From Octopus vulgaris (taxonomy: Eukaryota), in the NCBI GenBank assembly GCA_951406725.2, contig OX597838.1, positions 43,214,001-43,278,000 of the forward strand: a stretch of 64,000 nt of DNA, written 5' to 3'. The notes below the pieces were generated by a model. The model was not told the DNA's origin and ran no database searches. It saw only the letters and a program-made list of their open reading frames with translations. Position numbers and translations under genes: made by a program. Position 1 is the first letter of the stretch; every line of letters starts with the position of its first letter. Shown piece by piece: positions 13,981 to 26,806 of the stretch.

Positions 13981-14726
13981 CATAAGACATGCAAGATAGT
14001 GCACATACTAGGTTTGGTGGCAGTTAATGGGTAAAGGAATGTTACACAACACATACGCACTCAGTGATAAAGAAAGACTCATAGAGACAGAAGAGGAAGT
14101 AATGACAATAAAAAATTATTCTTTTTGCGAATTAGTATTTATTTCCTCATTTTGTATAAAGCATCAACAGATTTAATAAAAGTTCAACCGTAATTATTAA
14201 ATGTATGTTATATTCGAACCCAGTACTTATTTTTTAAGTCTTGTACTTAATCTATTGATCTCTTTTGCCAAACTGTTAAGTCACAGGGATGTAGACACAA
14301 AGACATGCACACACCCACACAATGGGCTTCCACACAGTTTCTATCGACCAAGTTTATTCACAAGACATTGGTCAACTCAGGGTGGTAGTAGGAGACACTT
14401 GTTCAAGGTACCACATTGTGGGACTGAACCTGAAACTGCATGGTTGCAAAAGAAACTTGTTAAGTAATCCAGTTGAACACCCTCACTTGTCCTGGGGTGC
14501 TGCCAGGGGAGTCTACTCTGATACAAGCATCCAGACCAGATCTGTGGATAAGCCTTGGTAAAGCCTAATCTTATTGCTTCTACAACAGTGATCTTTTCTT
14601 TCTTCATTTCCTCCCATAAAAGGCTATGGGCCTTCTCCTTCCTTACCTGACTAAATCATATTGTATTTTCCAGTATATTTCGAGTCCATGTAATACATAG
14701 TGTAAACCTCCCAAAAGAATCCAAAC

Positions 14727-14963
14727 TTAAGCCCTTTAGCATTTAAACCGGCCACATTTGGCCCAAATATTCTATCTTGTTTTGTTTTCAAACTGGCCTG
14801 AGATCCTGCCTCTCAAACTGACCTTGCAATGTCATAAAAATAAACAATCACATCATCAAAATTTTGAAAGCTACACAATAATGAATGATTAATTAAAAAA
14901 ACAAACAAATGTGAATAATTTAGCATTAGATTTGACAGAATAACTTGAATGTTAAAAGGTTAA
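14727..14963. mobile_element. TTAA-flanked piggyBac-type MITE (family E)
   Basis: ttaa-gccctttagcatt ... aatgttaaaagg-ttaa. Related copies at 4058-4548, 47103-47696, 53666-53886 and 54751-54960. Confidence 0.7.
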
Positions 14964-16092
14964 GATATGATGTCCGTCTTTTGTGAGTTCATAGGAATTT
15001 CAAGGGATGACTAGGGTCTGCGAAGACAATGCCTGTCTGTATTCGTAAGCCACTCTATGTGACTGGTGTCTGGTCATCCTTGTGTTACGTCTTCTCACCA
15101 CAGGATGCCCGTAGACATGGTCCAACGTTACCAAGACACCATCAGATTCTGGAACAGGCACCACCTGGAATTCACTGTTGCCCTCCAGTTAGCCAGGTTG
15201 CGGCCCTAGTACTACCAGTGTCAGACCTGCCTGCCTTGGGTGGCCCTACTAGGGGCTTGAAATCCCCGATGGCATAGCTCTGACACTCGCTTGTTTAACC
15301 TTCCCACCACAATGAGGTCATGGGTCAGGTTTTGAAATGAGGTTCTCATATTGAAAGAGAGATGACTAGAATTTTTATCCTGTATTTTCTGGCATTACAA
15401 GTGGATGTAGTAAATAATGAAAACATGTAGTGTTTCAAACGTCATCGTTATCTTTCCAAATCCTGCTACATTTCACATGGAATTTTTTGGTCCTCCAAAC
15501 TCATCTTCTTGTATAAGTCAGTCTACCTTTTTTTTTGTGTGTGTAAATTTTGGTCTAAAAAATTCCATTTGTTTGCTGGAAAGTATGGTAACAAAAACAA
15601 GAAAACAATTTGGTGGAAATTTGCTCTGGTTAACCAAGTCTACATCGCCTGCTACAGAGACAACATTAACAAGAAAAGAATTTAAAACTCCAAATGCACC
15701 CCCCCCCAAGTTATAAAAACCATACAAACAAAAGTAAAACAGTTTATTTAGAGAAGATACTATGTAGTGTAAAGGATGGTTGGGTGTTTCGTTTGTCTAT
15801 TTTTTTAAATTTTTTAGCCTCATTCCCTGACACTTTAAACTAGGAGCAATAGTAAATTTAGTTGCCCCCCCCACACACACTCTCTCTCTTTTCCTACTCT
15901 GCCTTCTCCCCTCCTGTTATTCCTTTATTCACTTATTGCAGTGCTTGTATTTTTCTTTTCTTTTTTGAGTGGACTTTTGCTCTTAGCTGTATTATTCGAA
16001 ATCACATACCATTGTGTGTGTGGGTGTACATGTATATACTTGCACGGAAAACGTTTCGCTTAACTTGTATGTGTGTGTATATATATATATAT

Positions 16093-16304
16093 TACGGAGA
16101 TGTACTTGCATAGCAAGTGATTTGATCTGAGATCGTGTGCTGAAACGAAAACAATTGCAGCGTAGAAGGTGTTTGTAAGCCATTTAAGAAACACACAAAA
16201 GCCGTTCAATTCACTTCAACATTTAAGTTTAATTTGTCAAAATATTTTCGTCGCTTTAAGACCACGACCTGTTCACTGACAAAAATCCGTGCTGCATCTC
16301 TGTA
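16093..16304 (-). mobile_element. Penelope-like pLTR fragment in (TA)n with a short inverted end
   Basis: Flanked by (TA)n on both sides; termini tacggagatgta and tgcatctctgta are inverted; contains a hammerhead fold. Confidence 0.6.
16233..16283 (-). ncRNA. Minimal type I hammerhead-like motif with G3-C8 core
   Basis: Minus strand reads UUUGUCA GUGAACA G GUCGU-ggucuuaaa-GCGAC GAA AAUAUU U UGACAAA: 7-bp stem I, 5-bp stem II, palindromic stem III. Confidence 0.68.
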
Positions 16305-17271
16305 TAAATATATATATATATATATATATAATAAATAAAATAAATGCGCCCTTTTTAAAGCCTAGGCAGGCTCATGGGCCTGGTTTCCCAGTTTCCGTGT
16401 TATATGTGTTCCCCAGCTGGACAGGACACCAGTCCATCGCAGCGTTGCTTATTTTTGCTAGCTGAGTGAACTGGAGCAATGTGAAATGAAGTGTTTTGCT
16501 CAAGAACACAATGCGTCGCCCGGTCCAGGATTTGAAACCACAATCTTACGATCATGATGCTGACACCCTAACCACTAAGCCACGCACGTCCACACACACA
16601 CACACATGTATATCTGTATATATGGTTACATCATCTAACGTCCACTTATGCTTAATGTGGGTCAGATAGAATTTTCACCAGAGCCCCGTTGGCCAGGCTG
16701 CGGCCCTAATACCGCTAGGTGCCAGACCAATCCGCCTTGGGTGGCCCTATCAGGAACTGAAGTTCCTGACGGCATAGCTCTGACACTGCCCGTTTACACC
16801 ACCCTACCGCTTTGAGGAGGGGTTGGATTTTAGGGTAGTTATCGTAAATCAGGTTGTATAAGAAGGTGTCATTCCTAAAGACCGAAGCAGCAGCATCATT
16901 ATCCACTGCTTACAAGAGCAAAAGGGTCACATTGGAGGGGGAGGTAACTGCAGCAGCACTGATGCCTCTGCTTTCAGTACCCAAGCAGCTCTCACGAATT
17001 AGTAGATAGCTACACCTTCTAGAGATCAAATATTAGTCGAATCAGCGGGTGGGAGCCTCTCACCTGTGATGGAGACCAGTGTGCAGTTAAGTATATATAT
17101 ATATATATACCTGGACTTTCTACTCTCACACACTTCAGCTGCACCTCTCCTGCCCATGCTTTACACTGGACTCCGCTGTTGATGAAAAATCGCTCCAATA
17201 CACCACAAAATTTGAAGCTTTTGAACTTTTTTATACTTTCTAAACTTTTTTTGTACTTTTCTTTCTGTGTT

Positions 17272-17304
17272 CCTTTCTGTGGAAGAGCATAGGCTCGAAA
17301 CGTT
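17272..17304 (+). ncRNA. Degenerate hammerhead motif (same family as 35066)
   Basis: ccttt CTGTGGA A GAGC-atag-GCTC GAAACGTT; the 3' strand of stem I is deleted. Confidence 0.5.
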
Positions 17305-17477
17305 CACTTCCTGAGCATTAAACTAATACATCTGTTTGTTGTCTACACCATGTGTCTTCGTCTTTTGTTTTTTTTTTGTTTTTTGAATTTTCCATTATAT
17401 ATATATATATATATATGTAGGTGGTGCCCCAGCATGGCTGCAGTCTAATGACTGTAACAAGTAAAAGATACAAAAGA

Positions 17478-17868
17478 CAGGTGTGGCTGTGTGGTAAGTA
17501 GCTTGCTTACCAACCACATGGTTCTGGGTTCAGTCCCACTGCACGGCACCTTGGGCAAGTGTCTTCTACTATAGCTTCGAGGCAACCAAAGCCTTGTGAG
17601 TGGATTTGGTAGATGGAAACTAAAAGAAGCCTGTTGTATAAATACATGTGTGTGTGTGTGTGTGTATCTGTGTATGTTTGTGTGTCTGTTTGTCCCCCCC
17701 CCACTTTCGCTTGACAACTGTTGTTGATGTGTTTAACTTAGCAGTTTGGCAAAAGAGACCAATAGAATAAGTACTAGGCTTACACGGAATAAGTCCTGGG
17801 GTTGATTTGTTTGACTGAAGGTGGTACTCCAGCATGGCCATAGTCAAATGACTGAAACAAAAGAATGC
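17478..17868 (+). mobile_element. Full-length tRNA-derived CORE-like SINE, family A, with internal microsatellite
   Basis: Head gtggctgtgtggtaag...ggttcagtccc, core ggcaccttgggcaagtgtcttc, internal (TG)n, and 3' part ending ...gtcaaatgactgaaac. Confidence 0.9.
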
Positions 17869-17895
17869 AAATATATATATATATATATGTATGTA

Positions 17896-17941
<46 letters not shown>

Positions 17942-19132
17942 TACAACTCTATATATGCATCTACATAGCTCTGCATAAACACACCAGATGATAAAATAGT
18001 GTGACAGAAGAGAAAGAATCCATGCAAAAGAGATAGAACAATACAAAGAAACCAATATTTCCTTTGTATTTCTGTTATAAAAAAAGAAATGCTTTCCAGG
18101 AACTTTATGAAACCTTAAAATATCTTCATGGAAATATAAATTTAAAAGTATTGATGGATATTTTGGTGGGGAATGGAGTGGTGCTAATGTAAAGAGTATA
18201 TTAAAATAGCTTTAAATTATTTATGAATTCTTTTTTTTTACCTTCATTTTCTCATTTGATAAAAAAAAATGAGTTTGAAAAGTTGTAAGTTTGTTGTAAG
18301 CATTAATTTTTTTATTTTTGTTAAAATTTCATTTCAACATTCATCGTTGGTATTTTTAGTTAACCATCTGCTGCATTCCAGAAATGAAAAGAAAGAGTTA
18401 GTTTCATCATCACCACCACCACCACCACTACCATCATCATCATCATCGCCAACATTCCATCACCTCAACCACCAACCCTCCACCATCATTATCATCATCA
18501 GGGTGAAGTGGGGTGGTGGTAGTGGTTCTACACTGTCTCTTCCTGAGCTAGAAATAGCAGGCAAGTCTTGCTCAAATCGAACCCTACATTCTACCACCTG
18601 ACACACACACAAAGATTGATGGATATAACACTACACTTATATAGATATATTATGACCTATTTAACATATTGTGTTTGAATAAAGGAAAATCTTTAATCAT
18701 AAGTCTGCTCAATCAGCACTGAATTGCAGCTCAACAACAGTACAATCATTATCACCATCTTTATCATCATCATCATCATTATTGTGATTATAAAGGTAAG
18801 GTAAAGGCCCCCTTCGGTCATGAATGACCATGGGATTGCACCTAGAAAGGTGCCTTCCAAGGCACAAGTCTGGACAGGCTTGTTTGTGGAAGACCAGCAG
18901 TTGTTCTTGTATACCAGCTTCCCCCTCTCCACACCACCTATGTTATCCAAGCAAAAGACAAAGGCCGGTGAACTGGAGCAACATGAATTAAAGTGTCTTC
19001 CTTGAAAAAACAACACACCACCTGGTCTGGGAATCAAACTCACTACCTCATGATTGTAAGCGTACTGCTCTAACCTATGAACCAGGCAGTCACCAGCTTT
19101 TAAGCCCTCTTGCAGATTTCTAATGCAGCGAA

Positions 19133-19332
19133 TATATAACTGTTAAAGAGGACAACAAACGTTAAGGCAAGGCAAGCATCTCAAGTCATATACATTATTA
19201 TTATTATTATTGGAAAAAAAATTCAAAGTCTTACAGCTGTTTCTGGGATATTCCAGAGTATGGGAATTCCCTATTTGTCTCTGGTGATGGAATATCCCAG
19301 AAACAGCTGTAAGACTTTGAATTTTTTTTTCC

Positions 19333-19363
<31 letters not shown>

Positions 19364-19423
19364 TATATGACTTGAGATGCTTGCCTTGCCTTAATGTTTG
19401 TTGTCCTCTTTAACAATTATATA
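19133..19423. repeat. Near-perfect inverted repeat (arms 19133-19255 and 19288-19423), probably a Penelope-like inverted pLTR
   Basis: The arms are reverse complements except for (ATT)n length and about 2 substitutions; 32-bp spacer. Confidence 0.92.
19277..19315 (+). ncRNA. Minimal type I hammerhead-like motif
   Basis: GUCU CUGGUGA UGG-aauauc-CCA GAA ACAGCUGU A AGAC. Stem III is the palindrome ACAGCUGU, the triplet is GUA, and core position 6 is G. Confidence 0.68.
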
Positions 19424-22316
19424 CAAATGTCAATTTTATCTATTTCTCTATAGATTGAAAACAATACTGAACAGCCTGAATTGAATTTGATCCTTATTGG
19501 GGTCCTCATCAGAGATGGCTACATCACTTGCTCCATCCAAGAGAAACAAACAGCCAATCTGTTTATATACTCATGAAGTCCAGTAGGTACAGAGGGATGG
19601 ACTTACTAATTTGCATACCATCAGCGTTAAGCTCTTTATTTTAATACCAGTGACCTGAGGAACCCAGTCAACATCACATCAAGCTGATGGCATGGGTTGG
19701 ATGGAGATGGGTTGAAGCATTGTTTTACAGTTAAATGATTTGTCAGTTAATTTCTGGTAGAGCTACAATTTATATCTAATGAATTAATTTATTGTAATCT
19801 CATGATTATACTTGCTCACAAAATCAGTTCTTCTATTTAGAATGTCTGCTGTTTTCATAAATTCTTGGAATGTTTCCTTATTGGAGAGATTGCATGGCTA
19901 AAATAAGTTATAAGATTTTACCATTAGTATGTCTCTGTCTGTTGCCATACATAGTTTGATAGGACCCATGGCATTCCTCTTACTTGCAAATTCAAAGTGG
20001 ATTTATGATTTGTGTAACTATTTTTAAAGGGTACCTCACACATACCTATATAACTTTGATGAAAAGAATTGCCTTGGCACTGTGTTTACAAAGAAAGGGA
20101 TAAAGCTCAACTGCTTCACTTACATGGCTGATTATATTGGTAGTTATTACCCTGAGGCATAATTGTTTTATGTGGACATTGGGTTGCGTGGCTGTATGAT
20201 ATGGTTTAGTGTTGTTGCTATTTGCAGTAATGGTGTTTATGCTAGAAAAAACAACTAATGTGCATTTAATGTCTTGACAATTAGTCTGTGAAGTTTGTTG
20301 CTGACAGGGAAATGTTATGTATGTGTGTTTAGATCTTCCGCAGTTATATATTCAAACATTGTTAAAGAAACCAAACAACTGTTTCTTGTTTTCGATATAA
20401 ATCATTATCCTCATCTGTCTTCTTTTCCATGCTTGCATTGATCGCTAGAATTTACTGAAGTGGATTTTCTATGTTGCCAACCCTCATCTTTTCCCAAGCA
20501 AAATAATATTTCTCCATGGCTGGACATGTCTCAAGAAAACTGCAAACAAAGAGCACCACTTGCATGGCAGTCACACTTGTTTACAAATACTATGCAATGC
20601 CAAGGCAAGAACACACACACACACACACACACACGTGTGTGTGTGCATATACACGACAAGGTTTTTTTTGTTTCTCTCTACTGTATTCACTTTCAAGGCT
20701 TTGGTTGGCCAAAGATGACCAAAGCCCTGTGCATGGATTTGGTAGATGGAAACTGTAAGAAGCCCATTGTGTGTGTTTGTATTTCCTTGTCTTGCCATTG
20801 TACGATAGTTGTAAAAATGCATCACCGTCACATAAGTCGTGTCTTTCATTTCCAATCTTTCATAAAAACATGTCTGGTCATGCGAGAAATATCATCTTAT
20901 TTAGAAACAAGTGAGGCTTGGTGACAGGAAGGGCATCCAGCTACAGAGAATCTCAATGAATTCTTCATCTGACCCCTGCATGCATGAAGCAGTAGATGTT
21001 AAAACGATTATGATGCTGAGAAGTAAATCTGTTTGGGTCGGTTGATAGTCTATCACTGCAAACTTCTCCCACGAATGGATTAGAACCTATTGCTCTGTAA
21101 CCCAACAAGTGGTTCCTGTTGCTTAGCAAACTGTTTGTTGTTTGTTCTGAGAGTTAAGCGTCTTCCCAGCTGCTGGTTTGAAACCCTATTGTCTCAGTTA
21201 CCTGTACACCCCCCACCACAACCAGTAGAATGGTAGTAACATCATCATTATTGTTTTAACATCCACCTTTCCATGCTTGCATGGGTCAGCTGGAATTTGA
21301 TGAGGCAGATTTTCTGTGACTGGATGCCTTTCCTTTCCCCAACCCTTACCTCTTTCCAAGTCAGAAAACATTTCCCCATGACCAGACATATTTTTTCATA
21401 GAAGACTAGAAACAAGCAGCATTGTTTGTAAGATGGTAACTCTCGTTTATAACTGTCACATGATATCAAAGCAACAGTATCCACCCGTCACAGCCGAATC
21501 ACAGCCCACTGGACGTTCCAGTCTTGGTTTCATGGGGAAAACAGCATTTATTAAAATCATCATGAATTGTTTTCTGTAATGCAACTCACTTGACGGTCTA
21601 CTTATGTCTCATGTGACCCACTCCTTGAAAAAGGTTTATGTCTGATATATTATGTAGCACACACACACTCATATATACAATGGACAACAGTTTTATCAGT
21701 TTTGCTTTTTGAGGACCATTTGAATGAAAATATCTGCTTTGAAAGAGAAAAAAGTAGCAGTTGGTGACTGGAAGAGCGTCCAGCTGTAAAAAAATTTGCC
21801 TCAGCAAGTTTCATATAACTCATCTATCAGCATGTGGAGGCACACGGCCCAGTGGTTAGGGTGTTGGACTCATGATCGTAAGATTGTGGTTTTGGTTCCT
21901 GGACTGGGTGACATGTTGTGTTCTTGAGCAAGACACTTTACTTCACGTTGCTCCAGTCCACTCAGCTGGCAAAAATAAATAAATAAACCTGTGATGGACC
22001 GGTGTCCCATCCAAGTGTGGAATGTATATGCTATGAAACCAGGAAACCGGCCCTTGTGAGTCGGCAGCGTTGCTCAAGAAGGTCACTTTACCTTATCTTT
22101 ATCTATCAGCATGGAGAAACATGTAAAAACAAGAACGATGGTAAATTGGAGTCAGAATTCAAATGCAAGAGGGTTTTCGCAAGTTTTATCATAGAATTTA
22201 TGTTAAATTCATTAAAGTGCTTGCAATAAAATTAATGAATTTCAGTTTCATTGCTAAGAGGTCACTGGATTTATGAACTGGATGTTTACAAGTATGTGCT
22301 TGTGTATGTGTGAGAA

Positions 22317-22370
<54 letters not shown>

Positions 22371-23289
22371 CATGTATGCATACGTGTTCATGTCCATAAA
22401 ATAATGTTCTGTTTTTTTTCTTTAACTCTTAAAATAGTTTTATTTTCAAATTGAATGTTATGTTTAAGTGTTTTGAATAATAATCCTTTCTACTTTAAGC
22501 ATGAGGCTTGAAATTTTTTTTGGTGGAGGGGCGGGGTGGATGGAGGGGCTAGTCAATTATTTCGACCTCAGTACTCAACTGGTACCCATTTCATTGACTC
22601 TGAAAGGATGAATAGCATGGTCAACACCAGTGCAGTTTGAACTCCGAATGTGATGATGGACAAAATGTTGCTGAGCATTTTTGGCGGATGTGCTCCTAAT
22701 TCTGCCAGCTCACCACCTTATTTGCCTTGCATAATAATGATGATAGGTTTACTGAAACATGTGTATGTTTTATAAAGCTTTGAATACCAAATATGTTTCC
22801 TGGCAGTGAGCTGGTGGAATCGTTAGGACATCAGGCAAAATGCTTAGCAGAATTTCATCCGTCTTTATGTTCTGAGTTCAAATTCCATCAAGTTCAACTT
22901 TACCCTTCATCCTTTCAGGGTCGGTTAAATAAATACCAGTCATATACTGGGGTTGATATAATCAACTTACCTCTTCCTCCGAAATTGCAGGCCTTGTATC
23001 AAAACTTCAAAACAATATTTCTTTTTCTGTGTCTGTCTGTCTATGTGTGTGTATGTGTATGATGATTTTCTTCAAGTTTCTGTGTACCAAATTCACTCAC
23101 ACATTTTGGCCAGCCTGGAGCCATAGTAGAAGATATTTGCCCAAGCTACCATACAGTGGAACTGAACCCTAAACCATATAGTTGGAAGCAAGACACGAAA
23201 GGTTAAATTCAATTTCAGCAGAATTTGAACTTAAAAACATAAGACTAGCAAATACTGAACATCATTGCTAGCAATGAAGCTAGCATCTT

Positions 23290-23575
23290 CTGCCGGATGG
23301 ATAATGTCAGTGTGCATGTGCGACGGGGTAAATGATTTAAGAGGGAAACTGGGAATAAGGGACATCAGATTTTGTGTGCAAGAGAGAAGACTGTGCTGGT
23401 TTGGTCATGTGATGTGTATGGCTGAAGGCAGCTGCCTGAAGAAGTGCTGAGCTCTAATTGTGGAGGGGTTGACCCAGGAAGACGTGGGATGAAGTGGTGA
23501 GAAAGGATCTTTGGACGCTGGGCCTCACTGAGGAAATGACAAGGGGTGGCCGGGATATGTGGTGATTTGCTGTCA
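23290..23575 (+). pseudogene. RTE-clade LINE ORF C-terminal remnant
   Basis: LRGKLGIRDIRFCVQERRLCWFGHVMCM...PRKTWDEVVRKDL, matching the RTE RRLRWFGHV..M...GRPRKTW motif. Confidence 0.85.
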
Positions 23576-24717
23576 AACTAAGTAAAACTGCTGTCTTCCG
23601 CACAGGCTTGTCCCTTCAGGTAAAGCAGCCATGTTGGTGCTGTGTTAATGCACCCAGTACACTCTGCTAAGTGGTTGGCATTAGGAAGGGCATCGAGCTG
23701 TAGAAACCATGCTACATCAGCCAGTTGGGGTTTGGACAGCTCCCTGCTAGCCAGCCCCATGTCAAACTGACCAATCCATGCCAACATGGAGAGTGGACAT
23801 TAAACAATGATGATGCTACTGTATCTAAGTTTAGGTCATTTAGTTAATATTTTGCTGCGTTTCTTTTTCCTCAGCTTCACTTCCAGTGAGTTCTTCATCT
23901 TTTACAGATGATTCCTGTAAAATGTTAAGAGCCAGCCCCCCCCCTCCCCCATCTCCAAGTTTGGAGAATATTGTTCTACAGGGTGACTCCCACATTTCCT
24001 TTTTTCAACTAAGTAGCTAAAAGACAAAAATGATAGCTTTAAAAATAAAGACAAACAAATCGGTTGCCACCAACAACAGCAACAACACCACCACTATCAC
24101 ATTACCACCACCACCACCACCACCACTACCACCACCACCACCACCACCACCACCACTTCCTCTTCACTGACAACCTTCACTTTTGTACTATTTTTTATTT
24201 TAAATCTCATCTCCCTTCCTCCTCAGTCCACTGCTCACCCCTGCTTCTTCCTACCTTCCATCCCTGCCATCTTCTACAGGTTTTCCAAATGATAAGAAGT
24301 AGGTCAGTAAAGTACAACAACCTGCTGTTGTTGCTGCTATGGATGAGGTCAGCCGACTGTTTCCTCTCTCTCTCTCTCTCTCTTTTCTCCATATTTATTC
24401 ATAACAACAACCAACCAGCCTTGGTATCCATATGTATTGTATAGAGCTTTTAAGATTACACACACACACACATGCAATAATGTGTGTGTGTGTGTGTGTG
24501 TGTATAAGTGCAGGTGTGGCTGTGTGGTAAGAAGTTTGTTTTCCAACCACATGGTTCTTGGTTCAATCCCATTGTGTGGCACCTTGGACAAGTGTCTTCT
24601 GCTGTAGCCCTGGGCCGACCAAAGCCTTGTGAGTGGATTTGGTTGACAGAAACTAAAAGAAGCCTGTCGTATGGCCTTACTAGATATAGAGGCAAGGTAT
24701 AGTAGGAATTCCATATA

Positions 24718-24949
24718 CAAGAGGATGTCGAAAAGTTCCTGGCTGTAAGGCTTCTGCGAAAGGCCTAGTTGATTGCCCAACATTCTGATTGCTTTCACAG
24801 GGCCTAGAAAAACTGAAGGACTACTGCAGTAAATGTGTGTATCTGAGAGGGGAATGTGTTGCATAAAATCATAACTGATCCTTCTGTATTTCCTTTTACC
24901 CAAAGCCAGGAACTTTTCAGCCCCACCCCCTTTCAGCCCCACCCCCTTG
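24718..24949 (+). mobile_element. Internally deleted mariner (MITE) inserted in the TA tract of a SINE A copy
   Basis: TA flanks; TIR cores gaaaagttcctggct and agccaggaacttttc; retains the transposase tail GLEKLKDYCSKCVYLRGECVA*; 15-bp tandem duplication in the right TIR. Confidence 0.8.
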
Positions 24950-24984
<35 letters not shown>

Positions 24985-25903
24985 TTGTCCTGCTCCATCA
25001 CCTAACAACTAATGTTTGGCAAAAAGAGACCAATAAAATAAGTCCTCGGGTAAATGTATTTGACTAAACCCTTCAGGGTGGTTGGTGTCCAGCATAGCTA
25101 ATTAGTCCAGTGACTGAAACATACAAACGATAAATGATATTATTTAAATCAATGCTAGAATTTGTGAGAAGCAGATACATAAAATATATCCCTAAATGGA
25201 TTCTGAATAGAACACACACAACACAAAACTAAGAATAAATGAAAGAATCTTTTCTTTTTTTAATGAAAGATTGTTTTCTAATCCCTCCTTTGGTATCAGT
25301 CAATCTAAGACTTCCTCTTGTTACCATGTTAAGAACTTCCTCATTTTAAAGTGATCTAAATTGAAAACCTTCCATCAAAAATTTCATGTTAATCTATTTT
25401 CCGAACACCAGTTTGGTTATGACCAAATTATTTTGCTAAATTCTCTGTTATTTTAAAAGTTAATTGAAACATATTTCTATGCAGTGTATTCCAAGAAAAA
25501 ATATAGCAACAAAATGGCTAAACTAAAAGTAAAGTCTCTTTGCCAACACAATGTCCTACGTTGGACGATGTTACTACTTTTTAGCCCCAGGAAAACATCT
25601 TTTCCAGCTGGCTACCAACACATGGGCTGTGTCCGTATAGTATGAGCAAAGGAGTTTATTGTTCCCTTTCTAATCTTAGTAATACCTGTAGATCAATGGT
25701 TTCTGGGTTATTTCTCTTTCTTCGTACAATCACCGGCTAGAGATGGCAGCTATTCAGCCTTGCTCATAGTATATACTTTTAAAGTGACACACAGTCACTG
25801 ATCTTGTAAAGAGAAAAACAACTACATTGTTTACATTATTTACAATTGACGGATATTTGTCCTCATTTTGTTTGTTGTTGACAGTGTTTCAGCTGATGTG
25901 CCT

Positions 25904-26190
25904 GTTCATATGGCGTAGTGGTTAAGAGTGCAGGCTACTAACCCCAAGATTCCAAGTTCGATTCCAAGCAGTGACCTGAACAACAATAATAATAATAGTA
26001 ATAATAATAATAATATTGAAAAATACCTTAGGAATGGGAACCCAGGTTCGAGATTTCCCCAAGACACCTGATGAAGGCTGGAGGATATATCAGCTGAAAC
26101 ATTGTGTTAACAACAAACAAGATGAGGACAAATATCCATCAAATATAAATAATGTAAATAATGTAAATACTTCCTCATCTCTTAAATATA
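25904..26190 (+). mobile_element. tRNA-headed SINE-like element with a hammerhead-bearing 3' end
   Basis: A box TGGCGTAGTGG (25911-21), B box GTTCGATTCC (25956-65), (AAT)n linker, hammerhead at 26063-26108, and an inverted copy of its 3' end at 25823-25897. Confidence 0.75.
26063..26108 (+). ncRNA. Minimal hammerhead motif
   Basis: GACAC CUGAUGA A GGCUG-gaggauauau-CAGCU GAA ACAU U GUGUU. Canonical CUGAUGA; the ACGU palindrome is mutated to ACAU. Confidence 0.7.
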
Positions 26191-26806
26191 GAACTGCAGA
26201 AAAACGAGTTTTAAATATCTGAGCGAGAAATATGTAGTAAGAGTAAGGACCAGTAGAGTCTCTTTGCCAACACAATGTTTCAGTCTTACACAGGTTGTTG
26301 TTACTACTTTTTAGTACCGAGAAAACATCATTTCCAGCTAGTTACCGACCCATGGTCTAACTTAAATGGATTTTTTAAATAGTAAATTTTTTCTACAGCA
26401 ATGTTTCTAAAAAGTACGAGGAATTCTAGGTTCAATGTTAAAGTGTTGGTATCTGGACACCTTAGGAAGAGTTTAAACATTGTTTCTGTTGTAATTGTGT
26501 TGTTGTTTAGCCCATGGTCAACTGTGATCCAGCAGATGTTGGATCAAAGCTGTTTCAGTTTTGACCATCCCATCCAATATTTGGATACATTGTATCTGAG
26601 GACCGACGTCTTCATTCACCGTGTCCTTTCTTTTAGAAGATGTTAGTATGTGATTTGTGTGTGTGGAAAGGATTTGGCTGCTATCTCTAGTAAGTCTAGC
26701 GACATCATTGTGCCTCCTCCAATGGCTTGGCAGTAATGGTCTTGCAACCGTGGGCATGGAAAATTGCTAAGATTACATCAGTCATCAGCCTCACAACTCA
26801 TTCCAC

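Noticed and set aside
17445-17717. Recurrent short ORFs with RRHLPKVPCSGTEP or VSIYQIHSQGFG
   Set aside because: Antisense translations of SINE family A
25904-25976. Possible tRNA gene
   Set aside because: Acceptor and anticodon stems pair poorly, there is no adjacent terminator, and it runs into repeat sequence, so it is better read as a SINE head
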